Shown in pieces: positions 38,404-48,405 of a stretch of 64,000 bases of DNA. Location: contig JBKHGE010000002.1 in NCBI GenBank assembly GCA_046539845.1, positions 62,001 to 126,000 of the forward strand, written 5' to 3'. Below the pieces are notes generated by a model. That model was not told the DNA's origin. It made no database searches and saw nothing but the letters and a program-made list of their open reading frames with translations. This stretch comes from Desulfonatronovibrionaceae bacterium. GTDB taxonomy: Bacteria > Desulfobacterota > Desulfovibrionia > Desulfovibrionales > Desulfonatronovibrionaceae. The first letter of the stretch is position 1. Every line of letters begins with the position of its first letter. The translations under genes were made by a program, and so were the position numbers.

Positions 38404-40740
38404 ATGACCGCCAGAAAGGAAATAATAGTTAGCGGCCAAGTCCAAGGGGTGGGGTTTAGGCCTTTTGTCTACCGGACCGCGGTATCCCTCGGCTTGAGTG
38501 GTTTTGTCCTCAATTCCTCGGAAGGGGTCAAAATAGAAATCCAGGGTGATCCGCAAAGCGTGACCGTTTTTACCCGGGCCCTTGAAAACGATCTCCCGCC
38601 TCTGGCCCGGGTAGTCAAATTACAGAAAAGAGATATCCCTCCCCTCGCAAAGGAAGATGGATTTAAGATAGGCAAAAGCGACCGGGAAAAAGGGCACCAA
38701 GTGCTCATTAGCCCGGATGTATGCACCTGTGATGACTGCCTGCGGGAACTCTTTGACCCTAATGACCGCCGCTATTTGTATCCGTTTATAAACTGCACCA
38801 ATTGCGGGCCGCGGTATACCATAACTCGGTCCATCCCCTATGATCGCCCCCAGACCTCCATGGCCTGTTTCCCTATGTGTCCCGAGTGCCACAGGGAATA
38901 CGAAGATCCTCTAGATCGGCGTTTCCATGCCCAGCCCAACGCCTGCGGCGAATGCGGGCCGCATATCTGGCTGGCGGACAGAAAAGGACGCGAATTGTGC
39001 TTTCAACATACAGCCGTCCAGAAGGCAGTTGATTTGCTCTTAAAGGGTAAGGTCCTGGCCGTGAAGGGGCTGGGCGGATTCCATCTGGCCTGTGATGCCC
39101 GGGATAGCAATGCAGTGCTGGCCTTGCGCCGGCGCAAGAACCGGCCGGGCAAGGCCCTGGCTGTGATGGTGGGCAGCGCCGCCCATGCCGCGGAACTGGC
39201 CCGGGTAAGCCCGGAGGAAGAGGCGCTTCTGACCTCGCCCCAACGGCCGATAGTGGTTTTGGAAAAAAGAGGCTCCTCGCGGATGAGCCCGCACATCGCC
39301 CCGGATACGAACAGCATCGGGATAATGCTCCCCTATACCCCGCTGCATTTTGTTTTATTTTCCCTGCTCGAATCCGGGCTCTCCGAGGGCTCCGGCCCGC
39401 CCGCCCTGGTCATGACCTCGGGCAACTCCAGCTCCGAACCCATCGCCCTGGGCAACAGGGAGGCCCTTGCCCGCCTAAGCGCAATCGCCGACTATTTCCT
39501 TTTGCACAACCGGGACATACTTGTCCGTTGCGATGATTCAGTGGCCTATTCCCGTTTTTCTGCTTCCGGATTCTACCGCCGGGCGCGGGGATACACCCCG
39601 GTGCCGATATTTTTGGCCTCTTCCGGGGACACGGTCCTGGGCACGGGTCCGGAGCTCAAAAACACCCTGTGTCTGACCAAAGGGGATCAGGCTTTTGTCT
39701 CCCAGCATGTCGGGGATTTGAAGAACCTGGAGAGCTATGATTTCTTTTTGGAGATGTTCGGGCATCTGCAAAAGATTTTGCAGGTGGAGCCTCGGGTGGT
39801 AGTTCGGGATCTGCACCCGGACTATATGAGCTCCCGATTTGCCATGGACCGGGAAGATTGCTCCGTGTACGCCCTGCAGCACCATTTCGCCCACATTCAC
39901 GCGGTAATGGCCGAGAACCGTTTCCAAGGGGTTTGCTTGGGGCTGGCCCTGGACGGGACCGGGCTGGGAGAGGACGGCACGATATGGGGCGGGGAGCTTT
40001 TGCTGGTGGATAATCGTAGTCTCGAGCACACCAGGCTGGGATCTTTCACGCCACTACCCCTGCCGGGCGGGGAGATGGCGGTTCTGGAGCCCTGGAGGAT
40101 GGCCCGGTCCTTTCTTTACCACCTGGACATGGATGTGCCAGCGCCCTGGACGGACGAACTCGGCCGTGAGGACCAGCTTTTGCTCCGGGTACTGGAAAAG
40201 GGCGTAAACTGCCCCTTGAGTTCCAGCTGCGGAAGGCTTTTCGATGCCCTCTCCGCCCTGCTCGGGCTGGCGGTGAGAATCGATTACGAGGGCCAGGCAG
40301 CAGTGCGTTTAGAAAAAATCCAGGACACGAGTGTTAAAGACAGCTATTTAGCGCCTGTATACAGGAAACACGGCTTTTTGTACCTCTCCAGTCCGGAATT
40401 ATTTGCCGCTGCAGTCCGGGACGTAAAGGAAAAAGCAGATCCCGGGGTCATAAGCCGCAGATTTCATCTGGGCCTGGCCGAAGGCCTGGCCGGCTGGGCA
40501 GCCGAGGCCTCAGCTGATACCGGAGTCAGGGACGTGGCTTTGAGCGGCGGGGTGATGCAGAATCTGACCCTTTTTTGTGCTTTGCTGGAAAGGCTTGAGA
40601 GCAAAGGCCTGCGGCCCCTGGTCCATTCCTTGCTTCCGGCCAATGACGGATGCATATCCCTGGGGCAGGCCGCCTTCGGCCAAAGACTTCTGCAGCTGGG
40701 AGCGGACCGCGGCCGGCGGAGCTGCCCCCCTGCAGACTAA
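38404..40740 (+). CDS. hypF: Hydrogenase maturation carbamoyltransferase HypF
   Basis: GQVQGVGFRPF, CxxC Zn fingers, KGLGGFHL, QHHFAH, SSCGRLFD, NDGCISLGQ. Confidence 0.97.
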   Translation: MTARKEIIVSGQVQGVGFRPFVYRTAVSLGLSGFVLNSSEGVKIEIQGDPQSVTVFTRALENDLPPLARVVKLQKRDIPPLAKEDGFKIGKSDREKGHQVLISPDVCTCDDCLRELFDPNDRRYLYPFINCTNCGPRYTITRSIPYDRPQTSMACFPMCPECHREYEDPLDRRFHAQPNACGECGPHIWLADRKGRELCFQHTAVQKAVDLLLKGKVLAVKGLGGFHLACDARDSNAVLALRRRKNRPGKALAVMVGSAAHAAELARVSPEEEALLTSPQRPIVVLEKRGSSRMSPHIAPDTNSIGIMLPYTPLHFVLFSLLESGLSEGSGPPALVMTSGNSSSEPIALGNREALARLSAIADYFLLHNRDILVRCDDSVAYSRFSASGFYRRARGYTPVPIFLASSGDTVLGTGPELKNTLCLTKGDQAFVSQHVGDLKNLESYDFFLEMFGHLQKILQVEPRVVVRDLHPDYMSSRFAMDREDCSVYALQHHFAHIHAVMAENRFQGVCLGLALDGTGLGEDGTIWGGELLLVDNRSLEHTRLGSFTPLPLPGGEMAVLEPWRMARSFLYHLDMDVPAPWTDELGREDQLLLRVLEKGVNCPLSSSCGRLFDALSALLGLAVRIDYEGQAAVRLEKIQDTSVKDSYLAPVYRKHGFLYLSSPELFAAAVRDVKEKADPGVISRRFHLGLAEGLAGWAAEASADTGVRDVALSGGVMQNLTLFCALLERLESKGLRPLVHSLLPANDGCISLGQAAFGQRLLQLGADRGRRSCPPAD

Positions 40741-40766
40741 ATTATTTCTTCCGGGAAAAATAGGTA

Positions 40767-42311
40767 ATGTCCAATACTCTGGTCATAAATTTGACGCGTT
40801 TTGGCGATCTTTTGCAGACCCAGCCCCTTTTGACCCACCTGAAGCAGAAAGGGGAGTATACCGGACTGGTGTGCCTGGAGAATTTCGCTCCGGCCGCCGG
40901 GCTCCTCAGGGATGTGGACCGCGTCTTCCCCCTGCCCGGGGCCCTTTTTCTCCGAGATCTGGATCGTTCCTGGGTCAAGGCGGTGCAGTCGGTAACTGAC
41001 TGGCGGAACAGTGTTCAGGACCGGATCAGCTGGGACCGGCTCATAAATCTGACTTCTTCCTTGAGCGCGAAAATTCTGGCCCGCGCCGTGTCCGCGAACG
41101 AGAAGAGCGGATTTTCCGTGGACGAGTTCGGTTTCGGCTCCTTTTCCAACAAGTGGTCCATTTTCCTGGAGGCTTCCTCCGGATTCCGGGGCAGCAGCCC
41201 GTTCAATGTTGCGGACATATTTTTGCGTGTGGCCGGCGTGGATTGTTGTCCTCCATTTGAGCTCAAGCGGCCGCAAAAAGAGGTCCGGGAACGTATGCTC
41301 CGGGTCCTGGCGAATCGTTCGCCCGCGGGATGTACCGGATTTGTTGGCTTTCAGCTCGGGGCCAGCGCGGAACAGAGGCGCTGGCCGGTTTCAAGTTTTG
41401 CCGAGTTGGGCGGGTTGGTCTGGGAAAGATATGGGCTGTGTCCGGTGCTGCTCGGCTCGGATTCCGAGACTGGTCTAGCCCGCAGATACGGGCAAAATTC
41501 CCGGTCTCCGGCGGTCAGCCTGGTCGGTGAGACCGGGCTGGAGGAGTTGGCTGCCGTTTTGAAAGAGATCCGTGTCCTGGTGACCAATGACACCGGGACC
41601 ATGCACCTGGCGGCCGGCCTGCACACACCGCTCATGGCCTTCTTTTTGGCCACGGCCCAGCCCTGGGATACGGCCCCGTACCAGGAGGGCTGTTTGTGCC
41701 TGGAACCGGAAACAGACTGCCACCCCTGTGCTTTTAACGCCACCTGTACCCGCGATTATGCCTGCCGGCAGGCGATTAGCGCGCATACCGCCTTTGATAT
41801 GCTCGAAGCGTTTCTTAAATGCGGTAAGTGGCCGGAGTATTCCGGGTTAGGGGTGAGGCCCTGGATCACGGCCAAGCGTTCCGGATTTATGGATTTAAAG
41901 GGCCTGTCCGCGGAAAACGAAGACGACCGGACGCGGTGGATGCGGATACAGAAAAGGGCGTATTCAGCTTTTCTTGAGGATGTAAGGCCTGATTCCCGGG
42001 GGCTTAAAAGGCCTTCCCCGGAGTTTGTCTATTTTGTCCGGGAAGAGGCGGGGCAATTGCGTTCTCTATTTGAGCTGGTCCGGACCCGGGGGGAGATGCT
42101 GGTCCGCTCTCCGCGGCCGGCTATGCACAAAAAGTTTATGTCCAATTGGTTCCAAGTAGGTCGGATGCTGGAGGAAAGCGAGATATTCCCTATCCTGGCT
42201 TTGCTCTGGAAGGTCCATTCTCAGGACGCCGGCCGGGATATGCAGCAGTTTCTGCATGTATGCCGAAGTTATGAACAACTTTTGGGTTTTTTTGGCACTG
42301 AATTTGTATAG
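40767..42311 (+). CDS. Glycosyltransferase family 9 with C-terminal extension
   Basis: NLTRFGDLLQ, FQLGAS..RRWP, VTNDTGTMHLAAGL, CHPC. Confidence 0.85.
   Translation: MSNTLVINLTRFGDLLQTQPLLTHLKQKGEYTGLVCLENFAPAAGLLRDVDRVFPLPGALFLRDLDRSWVKAVQSVTDWRNSVQDRISWDRLINLTSSLSAKILARAVSANEKSGFSVDEFGFGSFSNKWSIFLEASSGFRGSSPFNVADIFLRVAGVDCCPPFELKRPQKEVRERMLRVLANRSPAGCTGFVGFQLGASAEQRRWPVSSFAELGGLVWERYGLCPVLLGSDSETGLARRYGQNSRSPAVSLVGETGLEELAAVLKEIRVLVTNDTGTMHLAAGLHTPLMAFFLATAQPWDTAPYQEGCLCLEPETDCHPCAFNATCTRDYACRQAISAHTAFDMLEAFLKCGKWPEYSGLGVRPWITAKRSGFMDLKGLSAENEDDRTRWMRIQKRAYSAFLEDVRPDSRGLKRPSPEFVYFVREEAGQLRSLFELVRTRGEMLVRSPRPAMHKKFMSNWFQVGRMLEESEIFPILALLWKVHSQDAGRDMQQFLHVCRSYEQLLGFFGTEFV
42293..42308 (+). 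promoter_or_regulatory. Possible sigma-54 promoter inside the 3' end of the GT9 gene
   Basis: TGGCACTGAATTTGTA: perfect TGGCAC, correct spacing, GT at -12. Confidence 0.45.
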
Positions 42312-42357
42312 GGTTGACCAGGCGGATGATACAGGAAAATTATACAGGAGGAAGGAT

Positions 42358-42975
42358 ATGATTATCATCGATGGTCAACAAAGCGATGTCCGAATCAGTA
42401 ATTATGACAATCTCGAGGACATCCTGGTCAGGATCATGGAGGACGGGCACATCCAGAACCGGGTGGTAACGGACGTTTTGGTGAACAATGAAAATTTTTC
42501 CGAGATCTATCCCCACCAGGCCGAGGACCTGGAGACCGAGGAGATAGAAAAACTGGAGATAAAAACGGTTTCCGTCTCGGACATGGCCGTTAACATAACC
42601 AGAGAACTGTACAAGGTCTTGAATCTTATGGCCCGGGGCGGAAGCCAGGCGGCCGAACTCTTTCGCGTGGCGGACGATGCAGAGGCTTTGGACATGTACC
42701 AGGATTTGTTGGAGGTGACCCGGGATTTTCTGGGTATGGTCGGCACCCTGCGCGATCAATTCCGGCTTCGGGCGGACCAGGAGTTCGAGGCCAAGCTGCA
42801 GAGACTATCCGAGTTGTTCTCTGAGATGATCGAGGTCCAGGAAAACGAAGATTATGTGCTTTTGTCCGATTTGCTCGAATACGAATACCTGCCCCATGTG
42901 GAGGAATGGAAGGCCGTGGTCGCGGAGTTGCGCAAACAACTAAAGCAGGTGGTGCATGATGAGCGCAACGAATAG
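42358..42975 (+). CDS. Acidic hypothetical protein
   Basis: ATG 42358 after AGGAGG; MIIIDG N-terminus, QENEDYVLLSDLLEYE C-terminal motif. Confidence 0.8.
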   Translation: MIIIDGQQSDVRISNYDNLEDILVRIMEDGHIQNRVVTDVLVNNENFSEIYPHQAEDLETEEIEKLEIKTVSVSDMAVNITRELYKVLNLMARGGSQAAELFRVADDAEALDMYQDLLEVTRDFLGMVGTLRDQFRLRADQEFEAKLQRLSELFSEMIEVQENEDYVLLSDLLEYEYLPHVEEWKAVVAELRKQLKQVVHDERNE

Positions 42976-43321
42976 GATAGATCCCTGTGAACTGGAAGAG
43001 ATCTATGAGATGCAGGCCGAGGAGCTCTCCTTGATTGAAGATGAGGATGTGGCCGGGGCCATGGAGATCGCCCGTAAAAGAGACGCCCTGGTGCAGAAGA
43101 ATCTGTCCGGAGATCTTTTAGAGGAACAGTCCAGGGAGCTGGTGGATAAAGTCAAAAAACTGCAGGAGCTGCAGAACCGGATTTCGGGCATGGCCAAAAA
43201 GTTAAGAGACGACCTGGAAAGCGAACTAATCCGGGTCAGATCCGAAAATACCCGCTTCAACGGGTATAAACAGGCATCCAGGCACACCCCACTCACGAAC
43301 AGGTTCAGCAAGCATGGGTAA
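42956..43321 (+). CDS. Small helical hypothetical protein (FliT-like size and composition)
   Basis: Overlaps the upstream gene end; helical, RDALV, ends ...RFNGYKQ. The FliT resemblance is inference only. Confidence 0.65.
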   Translation: MMSATNRIDPCELEEIYEMQAEELSLIEDEDVAGAMEIARKRDALVQKNLSGDLLEEQSRELVDKVKKLQELQNRISGMAKKLRDDLESELIRVRSENTRFNGYKQASRHTPLTNRFSKHG

Positions 43322-43850
43322 TCGATTCCGCTCCTTTGACCCAGGGCGCGGACAAGGATCACGGACACGAAACTCGGGCGTTTGATGCGTTCGCTTGTTG
43401 GCTTTTCCTTTGCACGGTATCGAGCCTGATTTGGATAGATGGTAGCAGTTATTCCCGCCGAACCGAAAATAAGCCCGATTTACGGGCTTATTTTCGGTCA
43501 TAGTCCTCGTGTAACGCCCTTCAAATGTTTTTTTTTACTACTATCGACTCGGAAAATCAAATTTGTCCTTGATTTTTAAGATAAACAAGAGCAAAAAGGT
43601 CTTTCGGAATAAGAAAATTCGCATTCGCGCACCGATGGAGCCGTTTCCGGATTCAGGCCGCGTCTTACCCTGCGGTATTTGATAAAAGACCCTAACTATT
43701 GATTCAGTTTAAATGCCCTTGCCTGCAATATGGCCGGCTTTTTCAAAAGCCGCCTGAAGCGGGACTCCGGAGCCCGGGGCAGCTGAGGCCAGGGGCTGTT
43801 TTTGAAGAGGTGGTTTTTTAAACGTAAAAACTGCAAAGGATAGGGGAGAA

Positions 43851-45347
43851 ATGGCACAAAGAGAACAATGGGGAACTCGGGTCGGCTTTATTCTGGCTGC
43901 GGTAGGTTCGGCTATAGGCCTGGGGAACATTTGGCGGTTCCCGTACATGGCCTATGAAAACGGAGGTGGAGCTTTTCTGCTTCCGTATTTTTTCGCGATG
44001 ATAACTGCGGGGATTCCGATCATCATCCTGGAATTCGCCTTGGGGCATAAATTTCGCGGGGCCGCGCCCAAGGCATTTTCCAAGGTGTCCAAGAAAATGG
44101 AATGGCTCGGATGGTGGCAGGTGCTGGTCTCCTTCGTGATAGCCATCTATTATGTGGCGGTCATCGGCTGGGCCATGGACTATTTCTACCTCGCCTTCAG
44201 CCAGGGCTGGGGGCAGGACACCAAGGCCTTCTTTTTCGGCGAATTTCTGGGCCTGACCGATGGCGCTCTGGAATGGGGCAGTATTCAGATGCATATCTTT
44301 ATTCCGGTGCTTATCGCCTGGGCCTTGACCTGGCTGGTGCTTTTCAGTGGGGTGCGCAAGGGCATTGAAGTGGCCAACAAGATATTTATGCCCCTTCTTT
44401 TTATTCTGGTCCTGATCATTGTCGGCCGGGCCGTAACCCTGCCCGGAGCTGCAGAGGGGCTGCAATGGCTGTTCAGACCAGATTTCAGCAAGATATTCGA
44501 CTATCAGGTCTGGGCCAACGCCTATGGACAGATCTTTTTCACTCTGAGCGTAGGTTTTGCCATCATGATCACCTACTCCAGCTACCTGCCCAAAGATTCG
44601 GACATGAACAACAACGGTTTTATCACCGTGTTCGTCAATTGTGGTTTCAGCATTCTGGCCGGAATTATGATCTTTGGCGTTTTGGGATATATGGCCGCCC
44701 AGGAGGGGCTGGGAGTAGACGAGGTGGCAGGCGCCGGAGTGGGGCTGGCCTTTGTCACCCTGCCCAAAGCCATAAACCTGCTGCCGGCTCCGGCCTTTTT
44801 CGGGGCCCTGTTTTTCGCCGCCCTGGTCTTTGCCGGGCTGAGTTCGTTTATTTCCATCAATGAGGCCTGCTGCGCGGCCTTGATCGATAAGTTCGGCTGG
44901 AGCAGGAAGTTTACGGTCTCCCTGTATACAGTGATCGGTTTTCTGGCCAGCCTGATCTTTGTCACCGGCGGCGGGCTGTACGCCCTGGATATCGTGGACC
45001 ATTTCGTGAACAATTTTGGTATCGTGTTCTGCGCGTTGGTGGAAGTGATCTTTTTGGGCTGGTTCTTTAAGACCGATACCCTGAGGCAGCACGTGAACAA
45101 GACCTCGGATTTCGCAATCGGGTCCTGGTGGACGATATGTCTTAAGGTGGTAACCCCGATTGTCCTGGGCTATATGGCCGTGGCCAACCTTGTTGGGGAT
45201 ATTAGCAGTCCATATGAAGGCTATCCGATTCAGGCCTTGCTGCTTCTGGGTTGGGCGGTTGTCATCGGTATCTTTGTCCTTTCCTTTGTCCTGCAGCTGC
45301 CCAAGGGCCAGGAGACAGAAATAGACAAGTTCGTCAGTAACGAATAA
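43851..45347 (+). CDS. Sodium-dependent transporter, NSS/SNF family
   Basis: REQW, GSAIGLGNIWRFPY, ENGGGAFLLPY, QIFFTLSVG, GLAFVTLP. Confidence 0.95.
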   Translation: MAQREQWGTRVGFILAAVGSAIGLGNIWRFPYMAYENGGGAFLLPYFFAMITAGIPIIILEFALGHKFRGAAPKAFSKVSKKMEWLGWWQVLVSFVIAIYYVAVIGWAMDYFYLAFSQGWGQDTKAFFFGEFLGLTDGALEWGSIQMHIFIPVLIAWALTWLVLFSGVRKGIEVANKIFMPLLFILVLIIVGRAVTLPGAAEGLQWLFRPDFSKIFDYQVWANAYGQIFFTLSVGFAIMITYSSYLPKDSDMNNNGFITVFVNCGFSILAGIMIFGVLGYMAAQEGLGVDEVAGAGVGLAFVTLPKAINLLPAPAFFGALFFAALVFAGLSSFISINEACCAALIDKFGWSRKFTVSLYTVIGFLASLIFVTGGGLYALDIVDHFVNNFGIVFCALVEVIFLGWFFKTDTLRQHVNKTSDFAIGSWWTICLKVVTPIVLGYMAVANLVGDISSPYEGYPIQALLLLGWAVVIGIFVLSFVLQLPKGQETEIDKFVSNE

Positions 45348-45365
45348 ATCCGGGAGGATTGAGAT

Positions 45366-45467
45366 ATGAGTTTTGGAGCTATCTTGATGATGGTTTTGGG
45401 GCTGGGTGTGACCTGGGGCGGTGCGGCAATTTGTTTGCATATCGCCCTCAAGAGCCGCCGGGCTTGA
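45366..45467 (+). CDS. MetS-like NSS transporter small subunit (33 aa)
   Basis: Below the ORF-track cutoff. MSFGAILMMVLGLGVTWGGAAICLHIALKSRRA*, GGAGG RBS, located between the NSS gene and its terminator. Confidence 0.85.
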   Translation: MSFGAILMMVLGLGVTWGGAAICLHIALKSRRA

Positions 45468-45491
45468 TCCCCGGCTGAGGAAACAGGGTAT

Positions 45492-45530
45492 AAAAAGGCC
45501 CGGACAGGTGATTGCCTGTCCGGGCCTTTT
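45492..45530. terminator. Bidirectional rho-independent terminator
   Basis: AAAAGGCCCGGACAGG-TGATTG-CCTGTCCGGGCCTTTT between convergent operons. Confidence 0.85.
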
Positions 45531-45580
45531 AGCTTCAAGAAGCAAAATCTTTCCTGCCCTTCTTGGTTTTAAAAAAGGGA

Positions 45581-46531
45581 TTATGCGGCGTTTAGGGAGT
45601 TTTGTATGAGTTCGGTTGCCCTGCGGGCGAGTTCCCCTACCTCGGGTTTGGATATCTGGTCGTCCGCACCCACGGCTCGACCCTTGTGCCTTAGCTTTTC
45701 GCTTATAAGCGAGGAAAAGAGGATTACCGGGAGATTCTTGAGACCAGGGTCATCCTTGATGTTTTTGGTCAGGCTGAATCCGTCCATGGTCGGCATCTCA
45801 ATGTCGGAAATGACTATATTCAAATACCCGCTTACCGGCCGGCTTTCTTTTTCCGCCCGTTCCTTTATCTCTTTTACACACTCCCAGGCCTCTTTGCCAT
45901 GTGTCTTTTCCAGCACCCGGAAGCCGGCCTTCTCTAGCATGGCCACCAGCATTTTGCGCAAAAGAGAGGAGTCGTCTACAACCAGGGCGGTGTATTCCTG
46001 CTCGCTGTAGTCCCCCAGGTCTTCGTCCTGTTTCAAGGTGGATTCCGGATGGATTTCGCCCACGATTTTTTCCAGATCGACCAAAAAGATGATTCGTTCT
46101 TCGATCCTGACCACCCCGATCACCGAATGATCGCTGAACATGGAGACATATTCCCCCGGAGGCTCCACATCCTCCCAGCTGACCCGGTGGATGCGGTTTA
46201 CCCCGGAGACCAGGAATCCGTTGGTTATCTCATTGAATTCAGTGACCACAATCTTTGCATCCGGGTTGGTTATTTTGGGTTTACCCATCCACAGGCTTAA
46301 GTCCACCAACGGGATTATTCCGGAGCGCTGCTTGAAGGCTCCGAGCACGGCAGGATGCGGTGCGTTAGGCATCTCGGTTATCTTTTTCGGCCTCCTTATG
46401 ATCTCCAGGACCTTGGCCACATTGACCCCGTAGTAGCCGCGGTACCTGCTGTCTTCGTCCTCGTCGATGAAAAATTCCACTATTTCCAGCTCATTAGTGC
46501 CGGATTCCAGCAGGATATTGGTCTGCTCCAT
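45581..46531 (-). CDS. cheV: Chemotaxis protein CheV (CheW + REC)
   Basis: ILLESGTNELEIVEF, YGVNVAKVLEI, VVDDS, SDIEMPTMDG; ATG 46531 after AAGGAG. Confidence 0.93.
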   Translation of the reverse strand: MEQTNILLESGTNELEIVEFFIDEDEDSRYRGYYGVNVAKVLEIIRRPKKITEMPNAPHPAVLGAFKQRSGIIPLVDLSLWMGKPKITNPDAKIVVTEFNEITNGFLVSGVNRIHRVSWEDVEPPGEYVSMFSDHSVIGVVRIEERIIFLVDLEKIVGEIHPESTLKQDEDLGDYSEQEYTALVVDDSSLLRKMLVAMLEKAGFRVLEKTHGKEAWECVKEIKERAEKESRPVSGYLNIVISDIEMPTMDGFSLTKNIKDDPGLKNLPVILFSSLISEKLRHKGRAVGADDQISKPEVGELARRATELIQNSLNAA

Positions 46532-47405
46532 GTGCGCTCCTTGATCGTTCAATTGCCCGGATGACTTCCCGGATTATCACCCCGGGGGTTGAGGCCCCGG
46601 CTGTGACTCCGATGCTGCGATAGTTCTCCAGGTCCTGTAAATCCAGTTCTGCCGCTGATTCCACGTGGGTGCAGGCCACTTTCTGGTCCCGGACCACCTG
46701 GACCAGTCTCCTGGTGTTTCCGCTGATTCTACCTCCGATCACTATCATGAACTCAACCCGCCTGGCAATGTCGATTGCTTCCATTTGCCTGTTCCGAGTC
46801 GCCTCGCAGATGGTGTCCGCCACCCGGAGATTGTTGCCCAGAACCGAAAACAGCCTCCCCTGCAAGGCCCGGAACTGGCTTTTGTCTTGGGTGGTCTGCG
46901 CGGTGAGCAGATAGTTTTGCTCCGGATTGATCCGGGCCGGGTCCAGACTGTTTTCCTCTTCTATAATTGTCCATTGTTGCCGGGCGTGGCTGATCAGCCC
47001 CTTGACTTCGGGATGGTCCGGCTCTCCAAACAAAAGGAGATGGTTGTCCCGGCTTAAGGTGGCAATGGCCTGCTGGGCCTTTTTTACCTTGGGACAAGTG
47101 GCATCCACCACCTCGGCCCCGATTTTGTTCAAGGCCTCTTCTTTGTGTCTGGGGATGCCGTGTGCCCGGATGACCACCCGGTCCTCCGGCCTGGCTTGGT
47201 CCGCGTCCTCAAGGACCACCACCCCTTTGTTTTCGTACTCTTTGAGCACCTGTGGATTGTGAATTATCGGTCCCAGGGTACAGATCCTCTTTCCAGTGCC
47301 CTCATGCAGGGCCTGGTCCAGCTTTTTCAAGGCCAGACTCACTCCCATACAAAAACCGGCGGTGTCCGCAAGGACTATTTGTTTTTCCGTTTGATAAGCA
47401 CTCAC
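46494..47405 (-). CDS. ispH: 4-hydroxy-3-methylbut-2-enyl diphosphate reductase
   Basis: AGFCMGV, IIHN, DATCPKV, AQTT, TICEAT, TAGASTP. Confidence 0.95.
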   Translation of the reverse strand: MSAYQTEKQIVLADTAGFCMGVSLALKKLDQALHEGTGKRICTLGPIIHNPQVLKEYENKGVVVLEDADQARPEDRVVIRAHGIPRHKEEALNKIGAEVVDATCPKVKKAQQAIATLSRDNHLLLFGEPDHPEVKGLISHARQQWTIIEEENSLDPARINPEQNYLLTAQTTQDKSQFRALQGRLFSVLGNNLRVADTICEATRNRQMEAIDIARRVEFMIVIGGRISGNTRRLVQVVRDQKVACTHVESAAELDLQDLENYRSIGVTAGASTPGVIIREVIRAIERSRSAHGADQYPAGIRH

Positions 47406-48400
47406 TTCTGATCTCCTGTACAGGAAGTAGGATTTGCTTTTTGCGCTTTTTTCACCTCGGCCGCCAGCTCTTCGGCCTCCTCCCAGCTTTGGCAGCGGCA
47501 GATTTTTTGGCGCAGCGCGCCCGCCCCGGGTATTTCCCTGATTATCTTCGGTCCCAGGGTGCGCAGTTTCAAGAGTCCCTTTTTCCCGGGATCGCGTTTT
47601 TTGTATTCCGCCACCAGGGCCTGGAATACTTCCATTGTCCCGGGCGGGGGAGGGCAGGAGGTCGTGGTTTCTCCGTACATTCTTTTGAAACGGGCAAAGA
47701 TCGCCGGATCCTGCAGCGCACCGCGGGCGAACATTACTGCATCCGCCCCGGTGAGTTCAAGGCATTTGATCCCGTGTTGGGCAGTGAAAAGGTCCCCGCT
47801 GGCAATGACCGGAATATTCAATTTTCTTTTGAGTTCGGCCACAGCGGTCCAGTCGGCTGTCCCGGAGAATTTTTGCACCGCGTATCTGGGATGCAGGGTG
47901 ATCCACCCGGCTCCCATCTGTTCCAGAGCCTGGGCTATAGCAATATATCCCTGTCCGCAGGCATCCCAGCCCAGTCTGAGCTTGAATCCGGCCTTTTTTT
48001 CCCCGACCGCCCGAAGCAGGGTTTTTGCTGTTTGGAACAAAAGTTGTGGTTCTTTGAGGAGGGCGGCCCCGGCTCCGGTTTTGGTTACCTTTTTTACCGC
48101 GCAGCCGCAGTTGAGGTCAAAGAAGGAAAACCCCCTCTCGAGCAGACCGCCGGCAGCCGGAGCAATAAAATCCGGGTCAGACCCGAATAGCTGGACTACC
48201 AGGGGACTGTCCCCGGGACAGGTCTGCAAGAGTTGCACCGTGCCCTTACTTTGGTGCATAAGTCCCTTGGCGCTGATCATTTCGGTACAGGCCACACTGC
48301 AGCCGTAGCCGCGACAGAGCATGCGGAAAGGGAGGTCGCTGAATCCGGCCATGGGGCCGAGCCAGGGCGAAGCAGGGGAAATAGGAAGCAGACAGGGCAT
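47402..48400 (-). CDS. dusB: tRNA-dihydrouridine synthase (DusB-like)
   Basis: PMAGFSDLPFR, TEMISA, QLFGS, DLNCGC, K.RLGW, ASGD. Confidence 0.85.
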   Translation of the reverse strand: MPCLLPISPASPWLGPMAGFSDLPFRMLCRGYGCSVACTEMISAKGLMHQSKGTVQLLQTCPGDSPLVVQLFGSDPDFIAPAAGGLLERGFSFFDLNCGCAVKKVTKTGAGAALLKEPQLLFQTAKTLLRAVGEKKAGFKLRLGWDACGQGYIAIAQALEQMGAGWITLHPRYAVQKFSGTADWTAVAELKRKLNIPVIASGDLFTAQHGIKCLELTGADAVMFARGALQDPAIFARFKRMYGETTTSCPPPPGTMEVFQALVAEYKKRDPGKKGLLKLRTLGPKIIREIPGAGALRQKICRCQSWEEAEELAAEVKKAQKANPTSCTGDQK

Positions 48401-48405
48401 TTGCT

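Noticed and set aside
43818..45545. 575-aa minus-strand ORF and other long antisense ORFs (e.g. 21136-22521, 21045-22064, 9002-9970, 17042-18007, 31322-32299, 32415-33392)
   Set aside because: They are shadows of clearly identified genes on the opposite strand, expected in GC-rich DNA, and carry no recognisable motifs.
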